Shown: positions 1 through 10,149 of the stretch, piece after piece
Layout of the letters: each line of letters begins with the position of its first letter
Numbering within the stretch: the stretch's first letter is position 1
Assembly: GCF_004010195.1 (NCBI RefSeq)
Contig: NC_057719.1
Coordinates: 39,381,489 to 39,414,465, forward strand
Source: Chiloscyllium plagiosum
Taxonomy: Eukaryota
Direction: 5' to 3'
DNA length: 32,977 nucleotides
The notes under the pieces: model-generated
What the model was told of the DNA's origin: nothing
Seen by the model: only the letters and a program-made list of their open reading frames with translations
Databases searched by the model: none
Made by a program: the position numbers and the translations under genes

Positions 1-483
1 CAGATCGTGACCTTGCAGTCTGCCGCCATGTGGCCTGACCTCCCACAGGTTCGGCACACTTTTGGCTGCCCTGCATAAGTCAGGTACCCTCTGCTCCCTC
101 CGGTAGCAAAGCTGGAGGGTGGGTGGAGGATATTCCCACTGGCGTCAACCCTCAGGGTTATCTTGACCTGTCGTTTGCTGGTCCAGATCCCGAACGGGTC
201 AACCACGTCGGTGCTTTGACCCTCGACCTGCACATATCTTCCCAGGAACGTCAGGACATCAGTTGCTGGCACGTAGGGGTTGTACATGTGGATTGTAACA
301 ACCCGGCTCCTCTGTGCAGGAAGCACACACAACGGGACCGCCGACAAGATGGAGAACAGCGGCTCCCCTTCCTTTTCTTTGAAGACCTTCAGGAGCTGCT
401 CACATTGCTTCACGCTCCTGAAGGTGACATCGAAGTAGCCTGCCCCAGGGAAATCCTGCAGGCAGTACACGTCTGCTGCGGCA
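1..483 (-). mobile_element. Tx1/L1-clade LINE ORF1 fragment (zinc-knuckle nucleic-acid-binding protein), running off the window's left edge
   Basis: Minus-strand translation reads DVYCLQDFPGAGYFDVTF...VVTIHMYNPYV...DPFGIW...GYLTYAGQPKVCRTCGRSGHMAADCKVTI. The CX2CX4HX4C knuckle preceded by YxGQPK is typical of Tx1-type ORF1p. Confidence 0.8.
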
Positions 484-664
484 GAGGGATTGTCTTAGAG
501 AAGGAGGGAAACACTGCTGTGATGTAGCGTTTGGACTTCAAGCGACCCTTGATACCAGGCCCATGCCATTCCGCTCTAGAGTGCGGGTGACTGCTTCCAG
601 GCTGTAATGTAAGCGCTGAAGTGATGCCTTTCCCTCTTGGACGCCCTCTGCTGGATGTTCTTGT

Positions 665-950
665 TGTGAATCCAATGGATATTTACAACAATGTGGCATG
701 AATTCAGGGACTAGCTTGCAATTCCAGATTTATTGACTGAATTTGAATTCCACCAGCTACTGTGGTGTGATTTGAATCCATGGTTATAATTTGGAAAGGA
801 TCACTGGACCGAAACATTAACTGATTTCTCTCCACTGATGCTGCCAGACCTACTGAGCTTTTCTAACAATTTCTGTTTTTGTCCCAGAATATTAATATAG
901 AACTCTGGATTACTCGTCAAGTGACATTACCGCTACATCACTGTCTCCCT
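665..950 (-). mobile_element. Decayed tRNA-derived SINE fragment (same family as 23140-23456), interrupted at about 795-882 by an old Penelope-type terminal fragment
   Basis: Shares ATTCCAGAT-TTATTGA...AATTCCACCA and CTGGATTA...GTGA-ATTACC with 23330-23445. The insert has GAAACATTAACT...GATGCTGCCAGACCT, resembling Penelope tails elsewhere in the window. Confidence 0.5.
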
Positions 951-1719
951 GTCAGAATTCAAGATGTCTGTTGTTTCAAAGTGCATCCTTCCACTATTGT
1001 CATCAAGCACCCAATCTATTTTCAAAAATGCAATAGATAGAGCAGCAAGAAATACTATGATTACATTTGCATTGAAAGTCATTTCTTTTCAACAAATGTT
1101 TTTAGAAGTTGCAGACAGTTAATGATTGCCTGATCTTACTGAGGCACCATTCATGTCACAGTCCACTTTAATTACAGCTGTTATTCTAAGTCCAGTGTAA
1201 CAATTCCCTTTAGGAAAACTTCAGTTTTGAATATACAATGATTAGAACCATAGAAATAGGAATGATACACAAAAGATGACCATTCAGTTAGCTTTAGAAA
1301 ATTTCCAGCTTTTGCCATACCAGCACATCGAGATAATTTTTCAAAGGTCTGAGTAGTGTGGGCTATGGTGACATGTGTGGCATAACTGGGCAACAAATGT
1401 GGCAATGTCCATCTCAATGACATGATCAATTCGCTCCAGCTGTGAGATGCCAGTTGACAATCATTATTGCTTGTTAAACATCTTAAAGCCACTAAATCAC
1501 CTCATTAATATTCAGACTTCCATTCCACTAAATTCACAAAACAAGCTAGACCTGGGGCAAAACTCAACAAGGTAATCAGAATGTGTAGCTGGCAGATCCA
1601 GCTTGCTGCTTGCTCCAAATTACCTTCATGTTCGACAGCTAGAAACAACATCTTGGCCCAATCTATCACACCAGCCAACTGTACTCCTCCTCGATTGAAA
1701 TTGACATCTGAACTAGCCA

Positions 1720-1932
1720 GGAGAAAGTGAGGTCTGCAGATGCTGGAGATCAGAGATGGAAATGTGTTGCTGGAAAAGCGCAGCAGGTCAGGCAGCATCT
1801 AGGGAACAGGAGAATCGACGTTTTGGGCATTAGCCCTTCTTCAGGAAGAAGGGCTAATGCCCGAAACGTCGATTCTCCTGTTCCCTAGATGCTGCCTGAC
1901 CTGCTGCGCTTTTCCAGCAACACATTTCCATC
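1720..1932. mobile_element. Palindromic non-autonomous Penelope-derived insertion (fold-back of the hammerhead-bearing terminus), copy 1
   Basis: Inverted arms 1750-1842 and 1845-1937 with one mismatch; 13-bp TSD TCTGAACTAGCCA at 1707-1719 and 1933-1945; homologous to the terminus of the Penelope element at 24992-25120. Confidence 0.88.
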
Positions 1933-2298
1933 TCTGAACTAGCCAACCCATTGTGACATTCCTCGCACTTCTACTCTATACTGTCAGTGCAAATGCTTCA
2001 ATGGAGACACTTTGCACACAGAGAAGCACCCAACCCTCAAAGTGGATTAGGCTGCATCTTAGGGATGCTCATTTGCTCTCTTAGCACTTGGTCACTGAGT
2101 GCCTACCTGCATTATCACAGCATTCTTGCCTTGCCTTGCTATTCCAATTAGCACTCACACAACCAAGTTGCTTGCCTTGCATCTAAGCAATCTTCAGTCT
2201 AGTGGGTGCACATCTTGCTCTGCACATCAATCTCATACCTGCTACATGCCAACAGGTTACACAGCAAACACAGTGGATCTGTAGCAGACAGCCACATA

Positions 2299-2507
2299 CA
2301 GTCAGTTCTGCTAAAACGCAGTAGTTCCATTCCTGTGCAATCCCGTGTTATAAGAAAATTGCATAAAAGCAGCATTATTTAAACTAATGGGTCTGAATCA
2401 TGTTATAACCTGTACACGCTTTAAAAGTTTGCTCTATAGCGTCCCCAATTTGTCACTATTATAGCAAATTAACATTAACAAAACCCTTATTATAGCAGAA
2501 TGACTTG
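2299..2507. mobile_element. Tc1/mariner (Tigger/pogo-like) MITE
   Basis: Imperfect terminal inverted repeats CAGTCAGTTCTGCTA / TAGCAGAATGACTTG, each flanked by TA (2297-2298, 2508-2509); no ORF. Confidence 0.7.
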
Positions 2508-2729
2508 TATTCAACTCTGAGGAGAGCAGTCCTCACTGAGGTCCACGGATGCAAAAGCCAGTCAGAGGATTTCAGCATAATAACTCAAGGACAGCCTCCA
2601 ATACCAGAGAAGGGCATTGGTTGCAGTCAAACATACATTTATGTGTCGGTGGGTTGGGGTGTCCGTGGTCAGGGTGCCCTTAGTATTAGGCCTACTTCCA
2701 ATACTATCAGGGAGATATTTGGCATTCAC

Positions 2730-3640
2730 TCATTAGATGAGGGCATTGCTGTTTGGGCCAATATTTATTGTCTGTACATGGCTGCCTTTGATCAGCTTCC
2801 TTGAACCTCAGCTGGCCATTTACTGTAGGTGGATCCACAGTGCCATTACAGAAGGAATTCCAGGATCTTAACATAACAGAAGAAATGGTGATATATTTCC
2901 AAGTCAGTATGGTAAGTGAGTTGGAGAGCAGCTTGCAAGTGGTGGTGTTCCCATGTAGCTATCAGACCATAAGAAAGAGGAGCAGGGTTAGACCATTTAG
3001 CCCCATTGTCCTGCTCTACCATTCAATATGATCATGGCTCATGTCAACTTTCCTGCCCTTTCCCTATAACCCATGAGCCCCCAACTGATCAAGAATCTAT
3101 CTCAGCCTTAAATATATACAAGGACTCCACCCCATAACTCTTAGTAGCAAGGAGCTCCAAAGACACTCAACCAGCTGAGAAGAAATTTCTCATCTCAGTC
3201 TTAAATTAATACCTCTTTATAGGCCACCTGGTTCTAGACTCTCCCATGAGGGGAAACATCCTGTCAGCATTTACCCTTTCAAACCTTTTAAAAATTCTAA
3301 AGGTTTCAATCAGATCACCCCTCATTCTTCTAAATTCTGGTAAATAGAGTCATAGTCTGTTTACTGAAAAGACAATCCCTCCATCTTTATCGGATGCCCT
3401 TGTCCTTCTAGACAGTAGTGAGCTTGGGTTTGGAAACTGATGTCAAAAATACCTTGGTGAATTTCTGCACTGCATCTTGTCGACAGTACACATTACTGCT
3501 GCTGAGCATTGGTGGAGGAAGCAGAATGTTTGTGGATGTAATGCCGATCAAGTGGGCTACTTTTTCTGGATTGTGTCAAGCTTCTTGAATATTTTTAATA
3601 CTGCACTCATCTAGGCAAATGGACAGTATCCATCACCTGG
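2730..3640 (-). mobile_element. Nested decayed CR1/L2-type LINE 3' fragments (one family at about 2960-3385 inserted into another)
   Basis: Typical LINE 3'-region words on the minus strand (e.g. CCATTCAATATGATCATGGCT, GATATATTTCCAAGTCAG); boundaries approximate. Confidence 0.5.
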
Positions 3641-4646
3641 GCTGTAGGGAGGAAGGAGAGATGCATCACAGTGGTTGGGTGTAGCTGTTTACATTGCAGC
3701 TTTTCAAAGTAAAAACAACTACAATTTTACTGTTAATTTTACTGGTCTCAAAGATTGGCCATTTAAGCCGTGCCCACCCTTAAAAGCAATTCAGGTATTT
3801 AAAGGGAACTCACATCTGTAAGTGTTTGGTGATCTACAAGACCCATTGACGCCAAAGTTTCTGCTCGTAAGCCCACTGATGAATATGACCTGCACTTTGC
3901 AAAGCTCTTGGGTAGGTGCTGAGAAGATACTTTCCCTTTCTAGAGAGAAAGTAATCTTTCACATTTCCTGCCCAAGAGCTATATGGTTGAGCTATTGATT
4001 ACACTTTAGGTTAAGGTACACAGATTATTAAATTGTACAGGAAGAGATTAATAGGGAGTCAAGAAGGTAACGTTAAAGCCAAGATAGATCAGCCAATATC
4101 TTACTGAATGGAAGAGAAAGCTTTAGCAAAATGGCCAAATCCAGCTAGTCGAGGTATTGCACTTAAGTGTATGACAGAATTTTTACAAAGCATGAAGAGG
4201 CCATTTTGGCCATCATGGTTCTGTAAATGGGAAATGGCACTGGGTGAATTGCCCATTCTCACCAATTAACCATGCACATTTTAAGTTAGATCCTTTTGAC
4301 TGCTTGGATTGAATCTGCCTGCCTACATCTCAAACAGTGCAGTCCAGAGCTTAATTACTGGCTGAATTTTAAAAAAAATTCACGTCACTTTTGCAACTTA
4401 TGCAAATTACTATAAATCTTTTCCCTCTCATTCTCACTCCTTTCATGAGTGGGAAGAGTTTCTCTATAATTTATTATGTTCAGTTTTAAAATATTTTAAT
4501 GACACAAACTGCAATAGGGCTCTTTCATTCAAAACATATAGTTTTATGTAATTGTTAAAAGGGACTATGGTATTACAGCATTATATTCACAGAGAAAGAG
4601 AAATATAAAACATTTCTCTCACATCGATTGGCTCCTTCAATTCCAT

Positions 4647-4747
4647 AGGCAAAAGTGAGGACTGCAGATGCTGGAAATCAGAGTCTAGATTAGAGTGGTG
4701 CTGGAAAAGCACAGCAGGTCAGGCAGTATCCGAGGAGCAGGAAAATC
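4647..4747 (-). mobile_element. Solo Penelope terminal fragment (3' product of hammerhead cleavage)
   Basis: Matches the Penelope tail at about 24995-25090; flanked by direct repeat TCAATTCCAT (4637-4646, 4746-4755). Confidence 0.8.
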
Positions 4748-4884
4748 AATTCCATGTTATGTCTTTTTCATTAGAATATTGAAACACCAAGAGTGGAGGG
4801 AGGGGTGAGCTATTTTTGTTAAAATAGTGGAAAATCATTCAAATTACTCATTTTAATCCTTTCTATTCAGTCATAGATATACAT

Positions 4885-4998
4885 GATGTGGAAGTGTCAG
4901 TGTTGGACTTGGGTGAACAAAGTTAAAAATCCCACAAAACCAAGTCATAGTCCAATAGGTCTACTTGGAGGTACAAGCTTTTGGAGCGTTGCTCCTTC
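4885..4998 (-). mobile_element. Terminal fragment of a second Penelope-like family with a truncated hammerhead-like hairpin
   Basis: GATGTGGA..GTGTTGGACT.GGGTG..CAAAGTTAAAAATC is complementary to 32546-32593. The minus strand ends in GAAGGAGCAACGCTCCAAAAGCT (stem II plus a degenerate GAAA). Confidence 0.5.
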
Positions 4999-5002
4999 CC
5001 CA

Positions 5003-6440
5003 GCTATGCTTGCATCTTTGTTGGCTATGTCGAATAGTCCCTCTTTGGTACCTACACAGGTACCGTGCCCTAACTCTTCCACCATTGCATCGATGACTGC
5101 ATCAGTGCTGCATCCTGCACCCAGGCTGAACTGGAGCAATTCATCAATTTCGTCTTCAACTTCCGCCCTGCCCTTAAATTCACTTGGTCTATCTCAGACA
5201 GCTCCCTCCCCTTTCTTGACCTCTTTGTTTCCATTTTCGTCAACAGTCTACAGTTGGGCATTTACTATAAACCCACAGACTCCCTCAACTACCTGGACTA
5301 CTCCTCTCATCCACTATCCTGCAAGAACTCCATCCCATTTTCCCAATTCCTCAGCCTCTGTCGCATTTGCTCAGACGAGACATTCCACTCCCAAACATCC
5401 CAGATGTCCACCTATTTTGAAAATGCTTCTTTCCCCTCCCCCATCATGTAGACAACCCTTCACTGCACCTCCTCCATTCTCCACTCCACTACTCTAAACC
5501 ACCCTCCACCTCACCCTTGTCCTCTCCCACCACCCCACCATTCTCCACATCCAATGTATCATTCTTAAGCACTTCCGCCAACTCCAGTTAGACCCAACCA
5601 CCAAGAACATGTTTCCCTCCCACCCAACGCAACGGTTCCCTTTGCTAATCTTTGGTTTGTGTTACTCTTCCCACTAACCAACACCACCCCTGCTCCACTC
5701 CCCCTCCCCCCACCAAAATCCCTGGTACCTTCCCCGGCAACCGGAAAAGATGCAAAACATGCTGGCACACACTACCCCTTATCTCCATTCAGGGCCCCAA
5801 ATAGTTCTTCCAGATGAGACAGAGGTTCACCTGCTTCTCCTTCAATCTAGTTTTCTGTATCCGGTGCTCCCGAAGTGGTATTCTGTACATTAGGGAGACC
5901 AAACATAAACTCAGGCCATGTTTCGTCAAGCATCTCAGCCAGGCCCACAGGGGCCAGCCTGGCCTCCTGGTCACCACCCATTTTAATTCGCCCTCCCACT
6001 CCCTTTCTGACATGACCATCCTCAGCCTCTTCCATTGCCACAGTGAATCAGATCGCAAATTGGAGGAAAAACACTTCATCTTCTGCCTGGGCAGCCTATA
6101 GCTCAGAGGATTCAACATTGAGTTCTCCAATTTGAAATAACCGTCCTTCCTATCCCCCAACTCCCTTTCTAGCCCTTGCCCTTGCCCCTGCCCCTACCCC
6201 TCCCTTCCATTGTTCTGACCAACCCTTCCTTCCAGCTACCAACTGGATTAATTCCTTTCATTAACCAATCAGGTCATACTCACTATCTGTGTTCACACAT
6301 CCCTACCTCACCACTCCACCCCTCTCTGCACCCAGTACCCTTCCCACCCACTCAGTCCTGAAAAAGGGTCGCACCCGAAACGTTGACTTTTTCACCTCCT
6401 GATGCTGCCTGCTGAGTTCTTCCAGCCTCCTGCTTGTTAA
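5003..6440 (+). mobile_element. 5'-truncated, decayed Penelope-like element (RT C-terminus, GIY-YIG endonuclease, 3' hammerhead)
   Basis: ORF pieces IYYKPTDSLNYLDYSSHPLSCKNSIPFSQFL (PLE RT thumb) and NLVFCIRCSRSGILYIRETKHKLRPCFVKHL...LEEKHFIFCLGSL (GIY-YIG); frameshifted. Confidence 0.88.
6354..6388 (+). ncRNA. Minimal hammerhead ribozyme of the Penelope terminus, core mutated
   Basis: AGTC-CTGAAAA-A-GGGT-CGC-ACCC-GAAAC-GTT-GACT: stem I AGTC/GACT and stem II GGGT/ACCC; the CUGANGA core has G8>A, so it is probably inactive. Confidence 0.6.
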
Positions 6441-6489
6441 TACTATACATTTTTCAACTATATAACATATAATTCAGGGGACATGGGAG

Positions 6490-6835
6490 CATATGGCACT
6501 AGTACTCCAGATGCCTAGCTAATACAGATGTGTTCAACTCCAACAATAGCAACTGAACTTAATTACTAAACCTGGAATCTAAAGGTTGCTCTCAAATTAC
6601 TGTAACCATTTTTAAGTATTGACAAGTATTGTAAAAACCTGGTTCACTTGAAGTACTTTCAGGAAGGAAATCTACCATCCTTATCTGCTCTGGCTACAAG
6701 TGACTCCAAATCCATGGCAACGCAGTCTCTTAACTGCACTCTGATATGGCCTAGCAAGCAAGTCAGTTCAAGTGCAGTTAGGGATGTGCAACAAATAATG
6801 GCCTTGCCAGTGAAACCCACATCCTGGGAAAGAAT
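6490..6835 (+). mobile_element. Decayed tRNA-derived SINE (likely DeuSINE/SacSINE1-like)
   Basis: Reverse-complement similarity to 23140-23456 (GTGACTCCAAATCCATGGCAA...CTCTTAACTG; TTAGGGATG.GCAA.AAAT). Family name is from recall only. Confidence 0.55.
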
Positions 6836-6887
6836 AAAAGGTTCAAAATCTTTAGTACCTAACCAGGTCCAACCTGATAGTATTTAC

Positions 6888-7087
6888 AGTCACAGAGATG
6901 TACAGCACAGAAAACAGACCCTTAGGTCCAACTTGTTCATGCTGAGCAGATATCCTAACCTAATCTTGTCCTATTTGCCAGCATTTGGCCCGTATCCCTC
7001 TAAATTCTTCATAATCATGTACCCATAAAGTCGCTTCTTAAATGCTATAATTGTACTAGCCTCCACCACTTCCTCTGGCAGCTCATT
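6888..7087 (-). mobile_element. CR1 LINE 3'-end fragment
   Basis: Reverse complement of the CR1 3' end at about 30655-30855. Confidence 0.8.
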
Positions 7088-8218
7088 TTGTTGAAAAATA
7101 CTCAGTCATAGAGTTGTACAGCACGGAAACAGATCTTTCGGTCCAACTCATCCATGCTGACCAGATATCCCAACCCAATCTAGTCCCACCTGCCAGCTCC
7201 CGGCACACATCCCTCCAAACCACCCCCCTCCACCGACTCATATACCCATCAAGTTGCCCTCCAAATGTTGCAACTGCACCAGCCACCACCACCTCCTCCG
7301 GCAGCCCATTCCACACAGGCATCATCCTCCGAGTGAAAAATCTGCCCCCCATGTCTCCCCACATCTTTCCCATCTCACCCCAAACCCATGCCTTCCAGTT
7401 CTGGACTCCCCAACCCCAGGGAAAAGACTCTGTCATCCATCCCATCCATGCCCCCTACAATTTCACAAACCTCCATAAGGTCACCCCTCAGCCCCCTACA
7501 TTCCAGAGAAAACAGCCCCAGCCCATTCAACCCCTCCCAATAGCCCAAATTCTCCAATCCTGGCAACATCCCTACAAACCCCCTCCAAGCTTCACAACAA
7601 CCCCCGATAGGAAGGAGACCAGAACCACACGCAATACTCCAACAGTGGCCCAACCAATGCCCTGCACAGCCGCAACACCACCCCCAAACACCGCACTCAA
7701 TACTCTGACCAACAAAGGAAAGTATACCAAACGCCTTCTTCACTATCCCATCCACCCACAACTCCACCTCCAAGTAGCCATAAACCTGCACTCCAAGGTC
7801 TCTTTGTTCAGCAACACTCCCTAGTACCTTACCATTAAGTGTATAAGTCCTGCTAAGATTTGCTTTCCCAAAATGCAGCACCTTATATTTATTTAAATTA
7901 AGCTCCATCTGCCACTTCTCAGCACATTGGCCCATCTGATCAAGATCCTGTTGTAATCTGAGGTAACCTTCTTCGCTGTCCACTACATCTCCAATTTTGG
8001 TGTCACCAGCAAACTTACTAACTTTACCTCTTATTCTCACTTCCAGATCATTTATACAAATGATGAAAAGTAGTGGACCCAGCACAGATCCTTGTGGCAC
8101 TCCACTGGTCACAGGCCTCCAGTCTGAAAAACAACTCTCTACCACTACCTCTGCCTTCTACCTTTGAGCCAATTCTGTATCCAAATAGCGAGTTCTACCT
8201 GTATTCCATGAGATCTAA

Positions 8219-8425
8219 AATGTGTTGCTGGAAAAGCGCAGCAGGTCAGGCAGCATCCAGGGAACAGGAGAATCGACGTTTCGGGCATAAGCCCTTCTTC
8301 CTGAAGAAGGGCTTATGCCCGAAACGTCGATTCTCTTGTTCCCTGGATGCTGCCTGACCTGCTGCGCTTTTCCAGCAACACATTTTCATCTCTGATCTCC
8401 AGCATCTGCAGACCTCACTTTCTCC
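8219..8425. mobile_element. Palindromic non-autonomous Penelope-derived insertion, copy 2 (opposite orientation to copy 1)
   Basis: Inverted arms 8217-8300 and 8303-8386 with one mismatch; 15-bp TSD TTCCATGAGATCTAA at 8204-8218 and 8426-8440. The equivalent CR1 site near 29740-29760 is uninterrupted. Confidence 0.9.
8299..8333 (+). ncRNA. Minimal hammerhead ribozyme core
   Basis: CTGAAGA(8301-8307)-A-GGGC-TTAT-GCCC-GAAAC-GTC; predicted cleavage after C8328; the 5' strand of stem I is mostly replaced by the inverted arm. Confidence 0.6.
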
Positions 8426-9837
8426 TTCCATGAGATCTAACCTTGCCAATCAGTCTCCCATGTGGAACCTTGTCAAACACCTTACTGAAGTCTATATAGA
8501 TCACATCCACTGCTCTACTCTCATCAATCCTCTTTGTTACTTCCTTAAAAAGCTCAATCAAGTTTGTTAGACATGATTTCCCACGCACAAAGCCATTTTG
8601 ACTATCCGTAATCAATCTTTGCCTTTCCAAATACATGTACATCCTGTCCCTCAGGATTCCCTCCAACAACTTTCCCACCGCTGACATCAGGCTTACTGGT
8701 CTGCAGTTCTCTGGCTTGTCCTTACCACCTTTCTTAAACAGTGGCACCACGTTAGCCAACCTCCAGTCTTCCAGCACCTCACCTGTGACTATCCAGGATA
8801 CAAATATCTCAGCAAGAAGCCCAGCAATCACTTCCCTAGATACCCACAGAGTTCTAGGGTACACCACATCAGGTCCTGGGAATTTATCCACTTTTATGCG
8901 TTTCGAGACATCCAACATTTCCTCCTCTGTACTCTGCACTCCACAAATTCATTGGAGTCCATTGCCAAAACACGGAATTTCAGTCAGTGTTATTTGTGAT
9001 TAGACAGAACCCCGCTCGAGTACATAATCTATACGGTTTGTTGCTACACTGTCAAACGTGTTCAGCTTTTTTTAAATCTGAAAATGAGCCCATTTGCTTT
9101 CATAAATGCATGTGAAAGATCGCATGGTGTATTATTTAGAGGACGAGAGTTCTTTATTTATTATTTATCGCCGCATAACTGGTCGTGAACTATTTGTTCA
9201 CTAATATGTTTCTATATATAACTGCAGAAACTTCATTTCAAACGGACTTCATCATCTGTCAAGTCTCTTTGAGATTGTGAAAGTCGCTATATAAATGCAG
9301 ATATCAATCCCTATCGTTTTTCTCCCGCAATTATTAACATATACTGTGATCGATACACAATCTCAAGCAGACGAAATAAAAATTGATGCGCACTCTGCAT
9401 CTTTACTGTTTATATAACTGCTGGAAACACGACCACGCTGCAGCCGATTCTTCTAGAAACTTAAACTGACCCGTTTCACCCAGCAGCAGAGACAATGGCT
9501 CTCAATTTCACAACCTCTCTCATGATGCAATCAGCTTCAACCCTGCCAACTGCTCAGCCAACCGACACACCAGTCCGCTCTCGCGAGATCACCAACGCCT
9601 ACACGCGTTCACCTCAACCAAACTTCACAACCTTGCGCGTTGGCGTCACACTGAATGACTAGCCGCTGAAACACGTACAACAAAAGCCGCAGCCACGGCT
9701 TTCCAATGAGCAAACCAGTAGCTGAGCAACAGCCAATCGTAGCACGGGCTGGAGGCGGGTTTAGCATGCTATCAAGCTAGGTTGCACCGTCACGAACTGG
9801 CGTCGATATAGAAAGGCGTTTTTTTTTTGTGGGTGGT

Positions 9838-9855
9838 GGGGCAAACGTCGTGGAG
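9838..9855 (+). other. EIF5: Putative EIF5 non-coding exon 1 (start inferred about 30 nt after the TATA-like box)
   Basis: Strong donor GAG|GTGAGC at 9855/9856; the transcription start position is an inference. Confidence 0.45.
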
Positions 9856-9990
9856 GTGAGCGTGGTGGAGGGAGTAGAGCGGGAGGGCGAGCTTGTTAAA
9901 ATAATTTAGTCGGGCCAAATTGCAAGAATTAAGGCGGCAATTGGGAACGTTTGGGATTCACGTTGACTTTGTGATTTTTCTCGCTCACAG

Positions 9991-10149
9991 ATTGCCGCAA
10001 ACGAGGGCGTCTCGCTCCACCGACGGGCTTTTTTTATTTGTTGCGCACAGAAGGAGTTCGGCGTCTCGGCACCGTTACGTGCCGTCCAGTAGTTCACCTA
10101 TATCCAAGAGTGATTAGGCTTGTGTTTATGTCTTTGTTTTGTGAAAACG
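9991..10149 (+). other. EIF5: Putative EIF5 5'UTR exon 2 carrying uAUG1
   Basis: Acceptor TTTTTCTCGCTCACAG ending 9990 (alternative acceptor ending 10050); donor ACG|GTAAGG at 10149/10150; single ATG at 10128. Confidence 0.6.

Larger units (their letters stand above)
7104..8931 (-). mobile_element. 5'-truncated CR1 LINE (ORF2 reverse transcriptase pseudogene plus 3' UTR), split by a Penelope palindrome
   Basis: ORFs 8415-8939 (PGPD..YPR, DWRLANVVPLFKKG, DVIYIDFSKVFDKVPH) and 7375-8145 (SGVPQGSVLGPLLF, KFAGDTK) are CR1 RT motifs; 3' tail CTCTATGACT; collinear with 29563-30859. Confidence 0.93.

Noticed and set aside
123..527. 134-aa ORF on +
   Set aside because: Antisense shadow of the Tx1-type ORF1 on the minus strand.
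1720..1937. DNA-transposon MITE or CRISPR-like repeat interpretation of the long palindromes
   Set aside because: The arms are unequal, the TSDs vary in length (13 and 15 bp), there are no spacers, and the sequence matches a Penelope retroelement terminus.
7114..7824. 236-aa Pro/Thr/His-rich ORF on +
   Set aside because: Antisense to CR1; it is open only because T>C hypermutation removed stop codons.
8073..8449. Two opposite ORFs sharing the peptide KMCCWKSAAGQAASREQENRRFGHKPFF
   Set aside because: Artefact of the DNA palindrome, not a gene pair or toxin-antitoxin system.
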